Positions 17,879 to 28,942 of a DNA stretch of 35,701 nucleotides are shown piece by piece. The notes below the pieces were generated by a model that worked only from the letters and a program-made list of their open reading frames with translations, made no database searches and was not told where the DNA came from. This stretch comes from Deferrisomatales bacterium. GTDB lineage: Bacteria > Desulfobacterota > Deferrisomatia > Deferrisomatales > JACRMM01. Numbering within the stretch: position 1 is the stretch's first letter; the number at the start of each line of letters is the position of its first letter. Where the stretch lies: NCBI GenBank assembly GCA_033551855.1, contig JAWSUI010000040.1, positions 1-35,701 of the forward strand. The letters run 5' to 3'. Both the position numbers and the translations under genes were made by a program.

Positions 17879-19267
17879 TCACACGCCATCCGGAGCCCGC
17901 GGCTTCCTCCGGGAGCTCCAGCCTTCCAGGTTCCGCTGGCGGGGGCGGGCGACGCCTAGCGCCCCCGCCGGCACGTCTTGGGTCACCGTGGAGCCGGCGC
18001 CGACGACCGCTCCGGCCCCCACGGTCACCGGGGCCACCAGGCTCGTGTTGGAGCCGATGAAGGCGTGGTCGCCGATCACGGTCCGGTGCTTGTGGGCCCC
18101 GTCGTAGTTGCACGTGATCGTGCCTGCGCCGACGTTGGCCTTCTCCCCGACGGTGGCGTCGCCGAGGTAGGTCAGGTGGTTGGCCTTGCTCCCGCGGCCC
18201 AGGGTGGACTTCTTCATCTCCACGAAGTTTCCCACCCGGGCCTGCTCCTCCAGGACGGTGCCGGGCCTCAGGTGGGCGAACGGCCCGACCACTGTTTCGG
18301 GCCCCAGCCGCGCCTCGGTCAGGACGCTGTAAGGCTTGACGTGGGCGCTCGCCCCGATATCGGAATCGACGACCACCGCCCCCTGGTCGATGCGGGCGCC
18401 CCCGGCTACCCGGGTCGTCCCCTGGAGGCGGCAGCCGGGTCCGACCGTGACGTCCGGCGCGAGCATTACGCCCGGCTCGATCCACGCCGACCCGGGGTCC
18501 TCCAGCGTCACCCCGGCCTCCATCCAGGCCCGGTTGATCCTGCGGCGCAGCGCCGCCCCGGCCTCCGCCAGGTGGGTGCGGGAGTTGATCCCCATCACCT
18601 CGGCGGGGTCCTCCAGGAGTACGGAGGCGGCCCCGCCCTCCCGCGCGGCCGCGGCGACGACGTCGGTGAGGTAGTACTCCCCTTGCCTGTTTCCGGTGCC
18701 CAGCCCCTCCAGGGCTCCCCAGGCCCACGGGAGCTCCAGGGCGTAGGTGCCGGTGTTGACCTCCCGCACGGCCCTCTCGGGGGGTGAGGCGTCTGCCTCC
18801 TCCACGATCCCCTGGAGCCGTCCCGCGCCGTCCCGCACCAGCCGGCCGTACCCCGTCGGGTCCGGGGGCTCCATCGAGAGCACCGTGACCCGCGCGCCGG
18901 CCTCCCGGTGGGCGGCCTCGAGCCGCACCAGGGTCTCGGCGGTGAGCAGCGGCACGTCGCCGCAGAGCACGAGCACCGTCCCGCGGAAGTCACCCAGGGC
19001 TTCCCGGGCGCACAGGACCGCGTGCCCCGTGCCCCGCTGTTCCGCCTGGAGGGCGAAGGTCACGTCCGGGGCCCCCAGGGTCCGGTGGACCTCCTCGGCC
19101 TGGTGTCCCACCACGACCACCGTCCGCCCGACGCCGGCCGCCCGGCACGCGTCGAGGGGGAAGGAAAGGAGGGGCCGACCCAGGAGGGGGTGAAGCACCT
19201 TGGCCGTCGAGGACCGCATCCGGGTACCCTTGCCGGCCGCAAGCACCACGGCTGTCACGTCGTTCAT
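17879..19267 (-). CDS. glmU: Bifunctional UDP-GlcNAc pyrophosphorylase/glucosamine-1-P acetyltransferase
   Basis: LAAGKGTRMRS, EQRGTGHA, QGEYYLTD, GNFVEMKK, GAGTITCNYDG. Confidence 0.99.
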   Translation of the reverse strand: MNDVTAVVLAAGKGTRMRSSTAKVLHPLLGRPLLSFPLDACRAAGVGRTVVVVGHQAEEVHRTLGAPDVTFALQAEQRGTGHAVLCAREALGDFRGTVLVLCGDVPLLTAETLVRLEAAHREAGARVTVLSMEPPDPTGYGRLVRDGAGRLQGIVEEADASPPERAVREVNTGTYALELPWAWGALEGLGTGNRQGEYYLTDVVAAAAREGGAASVLLEDPAEVMGINSRTHLAEAGAALRRRINRAWMEAGVTLEDPGSAWIEPGVMLAPDVTVGPGCRLQGTTRVAGGARIDQGAVVVDSDIGASAHVKPYSVLTEARLGPETVVGPFAHLRPGTVLEEQARVGNFVEMKKSTLGRGSKANHLTYLGDATVGEKANVGAGTITCNYDGAHKHRTVIGDHAFIGSNTSLVAPVTVGAGAVVGAGSTVTQDVPAGALGVARPRQRNLEGWSSRRKPRAPDGV

Positions 19268-19383
19268 GGAAGATCTCCTCCGCGCCGCCCTCCCCGGGGA
19301 GGCGCGATTATATGCTGGCGGGGCGCCGCTTCAAAGGGTGACCCCGACCGGCTCACACGCCGGCCCTCTGGGACGGCGCCTCG

Positions 19384-19983
19384 CTACCGGGGAGAGAGCA
19401 GGAGCGCGGGCTCGTCGGCGCGGAGCTCCACCCGGAAGAGGGCGAGAAAGTTCATCCCCAGCAGCCCGTCTGCGCCGGGTACGGCGTCATGCACCACCAC
19501 CTGGAGGGGGCCGGCCCGCCGCCCCCCCACTTCGATTTCGGCCACCTGCGCGAGACCGGCCCGCACGGTGCCGCCGGCCGTCCGGACCAGGACCGGCGGC
19601 TCGGTGCGAACGGTCAGACCCAACCGCTGCGCCACCTCGGGGGAGACCACGGTGGAAGAGGCGCCCGTGTCCACGACCAGCCGAACGAGGGCGTGACCGT
19701 TGAGTCGGGCCTCCACGACGTAGCCGATGTCGGCCTGCTCCAGGGGGATCGCGCGGGGCACAGCGGCGTGGGGCTCGCCCTCGGGGAGGGCAGTGGCCTG
19801 CCCCCGCCGATCGGGCGGCACCGAGTGGAGATTGTCGGTGAAGTGCACCGTCCCCTTCTCGTCCGTCCAGCGGTAGATCTGTGCCTGGGCCGCCGCGGCG
19901 GCCCAGAGGAGCAGGGCCACCGCCGCCGCGGCGCCCCGGCGCGCGAGGCACCGGTCGGCCGGCCTGCCGGCGGGTACGGGCAA
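19384..19983 (-). CDS. Secreted retropepsin-like aspartyl protease with N-terminal DUF4124-like domain (start uncertain)
   Basis: Signal-like AAVALLLWAAAAQA, QIYRWTDEKGTVHFTD, VVDTGAS, GLLGMNFL. Nearest in-frame start is TTG 19983. Confidence 0.82.
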   Translation of the reverse strand: MPVPAGRPADRCLARRGAAAAVALLLWAAAAAQAQIYRWTDEKGTVHFTDNLHSVPPDRRGQATALPEGEPHAAVPRAIPLEQADIGYVVEARLNGHALVRLVVDTGASSTVVSPEVAQRLGLTVRTEPPVLVRTAGGTVRAGLAQVAEIEVGGRRAGPLQVVVHDAVPGADGLLGMNFLALFRVELRADEPALLLSPR

Positions 19984-20057
19984 GCGGGCGGAGGGAGTTG
20001 CCCATGCCCTTCGGGTCACGCCGAGGGAGAAAACGCCGATCGGTCGCGGGCCGGTCG

Positions 20058-20093
20058 CCCTCACCCCGGGCTCCTCTCCCGGGGGGAGAGGGG
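20058..20093 (+). repeat. REP-like palindromic element
   Basis: ccctcaccccgggctcctctcccggggggagagggg, same architecture as 3757-3796. Confidence 0.5.
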
Positions 20094-20460
20094 ATTCAAG
20101 GAAGGTGAGTTTCTCTATGGGGCACATGGGGCATCGTCTCCAGGGGCGTGGAGGCCCCTCAGCCGAGTCGCGGGCCGGCCGCCGGTCAGCAAACACAGGA
20201 TACCGCCCTCCAGGATCGGCACGGTGCCCGGCCGGCTTGACCGGCAGACTTGACCGGCCGGCCGCGCCCCGACGGGCGCAGGCACGGCGCGGCGCGCGCC
20301 CTCGCCGGCGCCGTGCCCCGGGGCGCCGTTGGGGCCCGATCTCCCGGGGGGCAACTTGCGCTCCGGTGGGGGAGGTGTCATCCTAGGCCCTCCCGGGGGG
20401 TTGGTACCCGGGGCCCGTCCGCAGGCGGGCCGCAGGCACTCTCACATGAGGAGGGACCCG

Positions 20461-20619
20461 ATGAAGAAGTATCAGTGTACCATCTGCGGCTACATCTACG
20501 ATCCGGCCAAGGGCGATCCGGACAACGGGGTCTCCTCAGGTACCGCCTTCGAGAGCCTCCCCGACGACTGGACCTGCCCCGACTGCGGGGCGGAAAAGGC
20601 CATGTTCGAGCCCATGTGA
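20461..20619 (+). CDS. Rubredoxin
   Basis: [59 protein letters not shown]. Confidence 0.98.
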   Translation: MKKYQCTICGYIYDPAKGDPDNGVSSGTAFESLPDDWTCPDCGAEKAMFEPM

Positions 20620-20622
20620 GCC

Positions 20623-21804
20623 ATGGAACCCGTAGAGATCCTTCCCGGAATCCGGTGGACCGGGGTGCTCGACCCTCAACTTCGCGTGTTCGACGTGATC
20701 ATGCGGGCCGAGCACGGTACCACCTACAACTCCTACCTCGTGGAGGGGGCAGAGAAGGTGGCGGTGATCGAGGCCTCCAAGGCCAAGTTCACCGACCAAT
20801 ACCTGGAAACCCTGGGGAAGGCGGTGGACCCGGCGCGGATCGACTACGTGGTGCTCAACCACCTGGAGCCCGACCACTCCGGCGCCCTGGGGGCGCTCCT
20901 GGAACGGGCCCCCAGGGCCCGGGTGGTGGTGTCGAAGACCGGCCGCGTATTCCTGCAGAACGTCCTCAACCGGGACGTGGACCCCTTGACGGTGGGGGAC
21001 GGGGACACCTTGGAGCTCGGGGGCCGGACCCTGCGCTTCTTTCACGCCCCGTTCCTTCACTGGCCCGACACCATGTTCACGTATGCCGAGGAGGACGGGG
21101 TGCTCTTCCCCGGGGACTTCCTCGGCGCCCACTACTGCGACGACCGCCTGTTCAACGACCGGGTCGACGACCACAGCGGCGCCTTCGAGCACTACTTCCG
21201 CGTCATCATGCGTCCCTTCAAGGAGTACGTGCGCCAGGGCCTCGAGAAGATCCGGGGCCTGCCGCTGCGAACCGTGTGTCCGAGCCACGGCCCGATCCTG
21301 CGCACCGGGATCGAGAGGTGCCTGGAGCGCTACGAAACCTGGAGCGCCGAGCCTCCCCGGGGTGACCGCAAGCGCCTCCTGGTCTTCTACGCCAGCTCCT
21401 ACGGGAACACGGCCCGCATGGCGGAGGCCGTGGCCCGGGGCGCGGAGGCCGCGGGCGCGGAGGTGGCGGTGTACAGCCTCCAGGGGCACGACCTGGGGGT
21501 CGCCCTCGACGAGATCGAGGCGGCGGACGGCTTGGCGGTGGGGTCCTGCACCATCAACGGCGATGCCCTGGAGCATGTGTGGGCCCTCTTCGGGGCGATG
21601 GCCACGATCAAGGTCAAGGGCAAGCTCGGCGCGGCCTTCGGGTCCTTCGGGTGGAGCGGCGAGGGCCCCAGGATGATCGCCGACCGCATGCGCGGCCTCC
21701 GCTTCCGGGTGCCCGAGGAACCGGTGCGGGTGCAGCTCGTCCCCACGGAGGAGGACCTGGCCGCCTGCGAGGCGTTCGGCATGCGCCTGATCGAGACGCT
21801 GTAG
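20623..21804 (+). CDS. fprA: Flavodiiron protein (FprA/Roo type)
   Basis: GTTYNSYL, NHLEPDHSG, PFLHWPDTM, PSHGP, flavodoxin domain YASSYGNT and FGSFGWSGEG. Confidence 0.96.
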   Translation: MEPVEILPGIRWTGVLDPQLRVFDVIMRAEHGTTYNSYLVEGAEKVAVIEASKAKFTDQYLETLGKAVDPARIDYVVLNHLEPDHSGALGALLERAPRARVVVSKTGRVFLQNVLNRDVDPLTVGDGDTLELGGRTLRFFHAPFLHWPDTMFTYAEEDGVLFPGDFLGAHYCDDRLFNDRVDDHSGAFEHYFRVIMRPFKEYVRQGLEKIRGLPLRTVCPSHGPILRTGIERCLERYETWSAEPPRGDRKRLLVFYASSYGNTARMAEAVARGAEAAGAEVAVYSLQGHDLGVALDEIEAADGLAVGSCTINGDALEHVWALFGAMATIKVKGKLGAAFGSFGWSGEGPRMIADRMRGLRFRVPEEPVRVQLVPTEEDLAACEAFGMRLIETL

Positions 21805-21972
21805 CCCGCAACCGTCCAGCACCCACAGCCCAGACAAGAGAACGCCGAGAGGCCCTCGGGTCGGGCGGGTCTGCCGGACGGGGCGGTGGAGGTTCCCCAC
21901 GGGTCCGTGTCGCGACCCCGCGGTTCGGGGTGTGGTGAGAGCGCCGGCGATGACCGCTGGGTCCGAGGGACG

Positions 21973-22875
21973 ATGGTGCCGGTGAATCCAGCGCGCGGGC
22001 TGACGCTTCGGGCGCCCGCCAAGGTGAACCTCTTTCTGCAGGTGTGCGGCAGGCGGCCGGACGGCTACCACGACCTGCGCATGTTCCTGGCGCCCGTGAG
22101 CCTGTTCGACGACGTAGAGGTGACCCTCCTCCACGAGGACGGCCGGGTCGAGGTGTCGGCGGAGGGGGCCCCGGAGGTCCCCGGCGGCGAAGGCAACCTC
22201 TGCCACCGGGCAGCTCGCTTCTACCTGGAGGAGACCGGCGTCGGCGGGGGAGCCCGGGTCCGCGTGGTCAAGCGCGTGCCTTCCGGCGCCGGCCTCGGGG
22301 GTGGGTCCAGCGATGCGGCCGTGACCCTTCTCGGCCTCGAGCGCCTCCACGGCCGGCCGCTCTCCCCGGCCGGCCGGGCCCGCGCCGCCTTTGCCGTGGG
22401 GGCCGACGTCCCGTTCTTCTTCGCGCGCGGCCCGGCGTGGGTGGAGGGCGTGGGCGAGGTGGTCCGCCCGGCCCCCCCGTTCGAGCCGCTGTGGCTCGTC
22501 CTCGTCCACCCCGGCGCGTTTCTGTCCACCGCACGGGTGTTTTCTCGCTTCACTCCGGGGTTGACATCCCCGGACACCCCCCATACCATAGCGCAGTTCA
22601 ATTTTCCGGGGTTCGTGCGGGCGCTGCGCAACGATCTCGCGGGGGCGGCCCGGGCGCTGGAGCCTTCGGTGGGGGAGGCTTTGGAGGCACTGGAGGCGGC
22701 CGGGGCCTCCGGCAGCGACATGTCGGGGTCCGGCTCCGCCGTGTTCGGCCTCTTCCCGGACGAGGCCGGCGCTCGGCGGGGGGCTTCCCTCCTGGATCCG
22801 GTCGCAGCCGGCAAGGGCTGGCGGGTCCACGTGGCGAGCACGTTGCCGCCGGGCGCGTTTCCGTTTGTCGAGTGA
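21973..22875 (+). CDS. ispE: 4-diphosphocytidyl-2-C-methyl-D-erythritol kinase
   Basis: APAKVNLFL, RRPDGYHDL, KRVPSGAGLGGGSSDAA, GADVPFF, MSGSGSAVF. Confidence 0.97.
   Translation: MVPVNPARGLTLRAPAKVNLFLQVCGRRPDGYHDLRMFLAPVSLFDDVEVTLLHEDGRVEVSAEGAPEVPGGEGNLCHRAARFYLEETGVGGGARVRVVKRVPSGAGLGGGSSDAAVTLLGLERLHGRPLSPAGRARAAFAVGADVPFFFARGPAWVEGVGEVVRPAPPFEPLWLVLVHPGAFLSTARVFSRFTPGLTSPDTPHTIAQFNFPGFVRALRNDLAGAARALEPSVGEALEALEAAGASGSDMSGSGSAVFGLFPDEAGARRGASLLDPVAAGKGWRVHVASTLPPGAFPFVE
22561..22589 (+). promoter_or_regulatory. Internal sigma70 promoter within ispE
   Basis: TTGACA, 17-nt spacer, TACCAT, in a locally AT-richer patch about 300 nt upstream of tRNA-Gln. Confidence 0.7.
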
Positions 22876-22884
22876 CGTTCGGAC

Positions 22885-22959
22885 TGGGGCGTAGACAAGC
22901 GGTAAGTCACCGGATTTTGATTCCGGCAATCGGAGGTTCGAATCCTCCCGCCCCAGCCA
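22885..22959 (+). tRNA. tRNA-Gln (anticodon TTG)
   Basis: tggggcg acceptor stem, anticodon arm ccgga-ttttgat-tccgg, T-arm ggaggttcgaatcctcc, encoded CCA; canonical ispE-tRNA-Gln-prs synteny. Confidence 0.98.
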
Positions 22960-23004
22960 GTCCGTGGCCCTCCGTGCGGAGCACCCTGCTCCTCGAGACC
23001 ATCG

Positions 23005-23946
23005 ATGCACAACGTCCGCATTTTTTCGGGGAACGCCAATCGCTCGCTGGCGGAGTCGATTGGACGGCACCTGGGGTTGCCCTTGGGACGGGTGACCTGC
23101 AAGAGCTTCAGCGACGGCGAGATCGCGGTGGAGATCGAGGAGAGCGTGCGCGGCTGGGACGTCTTCGTGGTCCAGCCCACCTGCCCCCCGGTGAATCACC
23201 ACCTGATGGAGCTTCTGGTGATGATGGACGCCCTCAAACGGGCGAGCGCCAGTTCCATCTCCGCGGTCGTGCCCTACTACGGGTACGGTCGACAGGACCG
23301 GAAGGTCCACCCCCGGGTTCCCATCACCTCGAAGTTGGTGGCGGACCTGCTCACGGTGGCCGGAGCGGACCGGGTGCTCACGGTGGACCTGCACGCGGGG
23401 CAGATCCAGGGGTTCTTCGACATCCCGGTGGACAACCTCTTTGCCGCGCCGGTGCTGCTCGACGACTTCCGCAAGCGTTTCCAGGCGGATCACCTGGTGG
23501 TCGTGAGCCCGGACGCGGGCGGGGTGGAGAGGGCCCGGGCCTTCGCCAAGCGCCTCAACGCCGGCCTGGCCATCATCGACAAGCGCCGGGAGCAGGCCAA
23601 CGTCAGCGAGGTGATGCACATCATCGGCGAGGTGGAGGGCATGGTCGCCATCCTCCTGGACGACATGGTTGATACGGCGGGCACCCTGACCAACGCCGCC
23701 CGGGCCCTCAAGGCCAACGGGGCGGCGCGCGTGTACGCCGCGTGCACCCACGCGGTGCTCTCCGGGCCGGCGGTGAGTCGCCTCGTGGACTCCCCGCTGG
23801 AGGAGCTCATCACCACCGACACGATCCCCCTCGGGGCGGAAGCCCGGCAGTGCGGGAAGATTCGGGCCCTCACCGTGGCGCCCCTCCTGGCGGAGGCGAT
23901 CCGCCGGATTACCGAGTGCGGCTCGGTGAGCTCCCTGTTCGTGTGA
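23005..23946 (+). CDS. prs: Ribose-phosphate pyrophosphokinase
   Basis: [48 protein letters not shown]. Confidence 0.99.
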   Translation: MHNVRIFSGNANRSLAESIGRHLGLPLGRVTCKSFSDGEIAVEIEESVRGWDVFVVQPTCPPVNHHLMELLVMMDALKRASASSISAVVPYYGYGRQDRKVHPRVPITSKLVADLLTVAGADRVLTVDLHAGQIQGFFDIPVDNLFAAPVLLDDFRKRFQADHLVVVSPDAGGVERARAFAKRLNAGLAIIDKRREQANVSEVMHIIGEVEGMVAILLDDMVDTAGTLTNAARALKANGAARVYAACTHAVLSGPAVSRLVDSPLEELITTDTIPLGAEARQCGKIRALTVAPLLAEAIRRITECGSVSSLFV

Positions 23947-23989
23947 CGCCGTTACCGTCCGATCGACTGATACGAGAAAGGAAGCCCCG

Positions 23990-24616
23990 ATGCACACCGA
24001 AGTGGATTTCGCGGTAGAGGCCAAGGCCGCCGCAGGAAAGGGGGCGGCCCGCAAGCTGCGGGCCCAGGGCAAGATTCCCGGGGTCGTCTACGGGCCGACC
24101 CTGGAGCCGGTCATGGTCACCTTCCGGGAGCAGGACCTGGCGAAGGCCCTTTCCACCCCGGCCCAGCGCAACGTGTTCCTCCGGCTCCGGTCTCCCGACC
24201 AGCGGATCGACGGCATCCGGACCATCGTCAAGGACCTCCAGGTGCACCCCCTCAAGAGGGTCTTCGTGCACGCGGATCTGTACAAGCTCGATGCGGACCG
24301 GGAGATCCGCGCCACGGTCCCGATCCGCGTCGTGGGCACGGCGGCCGGGGTGAAGCTCGGCGGCATCCTCCAGGTGGCCCGGCGGGAGGTCGTCGTGGTC
24401 TGCCTGCCCGACCGGCTCCCCGAGGCCCTGGAGGTGGATGTGACCCATCTGATGCCCGGCCACTCGATCCACGTCTCCGATCTCCCGGTGCCCGAGGGGG
24501 TGACGGTCCTCACCGGCTCGAAGCTCGCGGTGTGCGCCGTGATCGCCCCCTCCAGCGCTCTCGAGGAGGCGGAGACCGGCGGAGCCGAGGCCGAGCCGGG
24601 GGCCGGCTCGGCCTAG
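23990..24616 (+). CDS. rplY: 50S ribosomal protein L25 / Ctc long form
   Basis: GKGAARKLRAQGKIPGVVYG, QVHP...HADL, GVKLGGIL, GHSIHVSDL. Confidence 0.96.
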   Translation: MHTEVDFAVEAKAAAGKGAARKLRAQGKIPGVVYGPTLEPVMVTFREQDLAKALSTPAQRNVFLRLRSPDQRIDGIRTIVKDLQVHPLKRVFVHADLYKLDADREIRATVPIRVVGTAAGVKLGGILQVARREVVVVCLPDRLPEALEVDVTHLMPGHSIHVSDLPVPEGVTVLTGSKLAVCAVIAPSSALEEAETGGAEAEPGAGSA

Positions 24617-24620
24617 GCGC

Positions 24621-25199
24621 GTGGCCTCGCCGGGCCCCGACTGGCTCGTGGCCGGGCTCGGCAACCCGGGTGCCCGGTACGCCGGGACGCGGCACAACGT
24701 GGGCTTTGCCGTGGTCGATCGCCTGGCCGGTCGGTGGCGGTCGGGACCCTGGCGGGAGGAGGGGCCCTGCCGAGTGGCGGAGGCCGAAGTGGAGGGGGCG
24801 GGCGTACTCCTCGCCGAGCCCCAGACCTACATGAACCGGAGCGGCCTGGCCGTCGCCCCGCTGGCAGGCCGGGCCGTGCTGCCGCCGGAGCGGATCCTGG
24901 TGGTCCACGACGACCTGGATCTCCCCTTCGGCCGGTTGCGCATCCGGGTCGGCGGGGGGGCAGGGGGCCACCGGGGGGTCCTCTCCATCGCCGAGGCGTT
25001 GGGGACCGGCGCGTTCCTCCGGCTCAAGCTGGGCATCGGGCGCCCCGAGGCTCGGGGCGAAGAAGCGGAGCACGTGTTGTCGCCCTTCTCGGCGGAAGAG
25101 CAGGAGGCACTCGCCGGGTGGGTCGAACGGGCCGCGGACGCTGCGGAGAGCATCATCGTCGAGGGGCCCTCGCGGGCCATGCACCGTTACCACACATGA
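24621..25199 (+). CDS. pth: Peptidyl-tRNA hydrolase
   Basis: [49 protein letters not shown]. Confidence 0.97.
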   Translation: MASPGPDWLVAGLGNPGARYAGTRHNVGFAVVDRLAGRWRSGPWREEGPCRVAEAEVEGAGVLLAEPQTYMNRSGLAVAPLAGRAVLPPERILVVHDDLDLPFGRLRIRVGGGAGGHRGVLSIAEALGTGAFLRLKLGIGRPEARGEEAEHVLSPFSAEEQEALAGWVERAADAAESIIVEGPSRAMHRYHT

Positions 25200-25230
25200 C
25201 CTCGAGAGGAAGAGGGAAAGGGAGGAACGC

Positions 25231-27234
<2,004 letters not shown>

Positions 27235-27327
27235 GACTGGGAGGAGCGTGGCAGTAAAGAAGGCCGGCCCCCGCGGCAAGCCGTTTACCAAACGTGGGGG
27301 GCGTCCCAAGATCGCTTGACAAGCAGG

Positions 27328-27367
27328 AAAGTGGCAGAAACCTTCGGGTTTCTGCCACTTTTTTTTG
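27328..27367 (+). terminator. Strong rho-independent terminator
   Basis: aaagtggcagaaacc-ttcg-ggtttctgccacttt followed by a T run; lies between the convergent hppA and XamI-like genes. Confidence 0.9.
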
Positions 27368-27408
27368 TTGGTGGGGCGATGACTAGGGGCCCTTAGGGTG
27401 GTGGGTAC

Positions 27409-28344
27409 TTAGGTCCGGCTCGCGAGGACGAAATCGCTCAGTTCATCGAGCCGGTGCGCCCAGAAGATGACCATGGGGGCGGCCTGTGCCGCCTCGATAT
27501 CCTCCGCCCTGAAGAGCCCCTGGACGGCGACGGCTGGAACCAACTGGTCGATGCCGTAGCGACTCCCCCAGCGCCGCGCCGCCTGAGCGGCCTCCTGGAG
27601 GCGCGCGGCGCCCACCTTCTCCGCATCGGTGGCCACGCACCTCAAGGCCAGAGTCCGGCCGTCGACGAGGCCAACCAATAGATCGGCTTCGTCCTCCCCG
27701 ACCAGGCAGAGATCATCAGAAAACTCCCCCGGTGCGGGCGCTTCCCGCTGGAGGTCTTGCACCTTCCAGGCGGAGCGCGGCTGCATCCTTGCGTCCAGCA
27801 GTCCCTTGCGGGCCTCGCTGGCGAGCGTTCCCCGCTCCGTCCGACGGTAGGCGATTTCGGTCTGTCGGCTGGCCGTCAGCGCGGCGGTGATCAGGATCGC
27901 CTCTTCTTCCTCGGCGAGTCGCGCCGGGCGGCGCTCGCGCAGCCATCGAAAGCGCACCGGATCAAGGAACCCGGCGATCACCGCGCGCAGCTCATTGGTA
28001 AGCGGCGGGTGATCGAGGAAGAGAGCCGCGTCGAGCGGAGCGCCAACCAGCGCAGCCAATTCCGCCTTGGTGACCGGCGGGGCGGCAAGGCAGCACAGGA
28101 TGTCGAGCTGCGCCTCGTCGCGCAGCAGGTCGGCAATCTGGGTAGGCCCATTGGAGGATTCGAGTAGCTGGGGCAGGCTGTGGATCAGGCTCCTACAGCC
28201 CTGCATTGCTTCCTGGAAGGCTTCGGGGTAGGTCTGCTGGGCGAGCTGGAAGCGGTGTCCGCAAAACTCCCTCCATGCTTCACCGACCTCGCTTCGGATC
28301 TGCTCCCGGGACCATTGCACGGCACCTCTAGGCCATTGAGACAT
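27409..28344 (-). CDS. XamI-family restriction endonuclease-like protein, degenerate active site
   Basis: LAAPPVT, LDPVRFRWL, APAPGEF, ADLLVGLVDGRTLAL, QLVPAVAVQG, AQ...IFWAHRL match my recollection of the XamI family. The expected ECK motif reads RCV. Confidence 0.72.
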   Translation of the reverse strand: MSQWPRGAVQWSREQIRSEVGEAWREFCGHRFQLAQQTYPEAFQEAMQGCRSLIHSLPQLLESSNGPTQIADLLRDEAQLDILCCLAAPPVTKAELAALVGAPLDAALFLDHPPLTNELRAVIAGFLDPVRFRWLRERRPARLAEEEEAILITAALTASRQTEIAYRRTERGTLASEARKGLLDARMQPRSAWKVQDLQREAPAPGEFSDDLCLVGEDEADLLVGLVDGRTLALRCVATDAEKVGAARLQEAAQAARRWGSRYGIDQLVPAVAVQGLFRAEDIEAAQAAPMVIFWAHRLDELSDFVLASRT

Positions 28345-28489
28345 GATGTGCTCTCCTTGCAGATGTGCATTGATATTGAATAGTGCATTAGGATAGTACG
28401 CTCAACGCGAAACAACAACCATTAACATCCGGTGGCAACCCCAAGGCTTTTGCGCGATATTCCTGTTCGCTTCCCCTCTGCAAAAAGCA

Positions 28490-28512
28490 CGGGGCGGCAA
28501 AATGCCGCCCCG
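28490..28512 (-). terminator. Terminator of the czc-like operon
   Basis: cggggcggca-aaa-tgccgccccg, followed on the minus strand by tgcttttt. Confidence 0.7.
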
Positions 28513-28543
28513 TTGATATCGGAGGTAATCAGTCCTGCTGAAT

Positions 28544-28942
28544 TCAGAAGGGAGGCGCATGGTAGGCGAAGATCGCGCTTGCGCCCTCCGGAAGCTCCAG
28601 ATCCAGAGAGGCGCGAAACTGCATCATCTGTTTGCCATGGCGCTTGGACCTCAGGGCGGGAACCTGGATCTGCTTCTCCGCGATCGGCGAGCCGTCGGGC
28701 CGCAGAAAGAGCACATCCACATGTCCGGGCATCCGCACCCGGATCGGTCGCTCCAGACTCCCGCTGACCAGCACCTTGCCATCCTGACGTATCGCCTGAG
28801 CTTTGGACACCGTGACCGGGGACGTTTTCCGGGCCTCTACCGGGACGTGCTGCGCAAGAGTGGCTGTGGGCCGCGGTGCCGCACATCCGCCGGCGAGCAG
28901 CGAGAGGACGAGAGCCGCCGGGATAAAAATCTTCATCTTCAT
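28544..28942 (-). CDS. Hypothetical lipoprotein
   Basis: MKMKIFIPAALVLSLLAGG-C lipobox; start overlaps the czcA stop; contains GHVD and a C-terminal His. Confidence 0.8.
   Translation of the reverse strand: MKMKIFIPAALVLSLLAGGCAAPRPTATLAQHVPVEARKTSPVTVSKAQAIRQDGKVLVSGSLERPIRVRMPGHVDVLFLRPDGSPIAEKQIQVPALRSKRHGKQMMQFRASLDLELPEGASAIFAYHAPPF

Noticed and set aside
22885..22959. tRNA as an integration site or as tRNA-Sec
   Set aside because: Ordinary 75-nt tRNA-Gln(TTG) in conserved synteny; no duplicated 3' end in the window.
20536..24072. 1178-aa minus-strand ORF and similar long antisense ORFs (15911-17959, 25153-27309, 28963-31098, 11694-13520)
   Set aside because: Shadow ORFs opposite well-supported genes, expected at high GC.
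27248..27319. 23-aa basic ORF (MAVKKAGPRGKPFTKRGGRPKIA) between hppA and the terminator
   Set aside because: RBS-to-GTG spacing is too short and there is no recognisable homology; cannot be supported.
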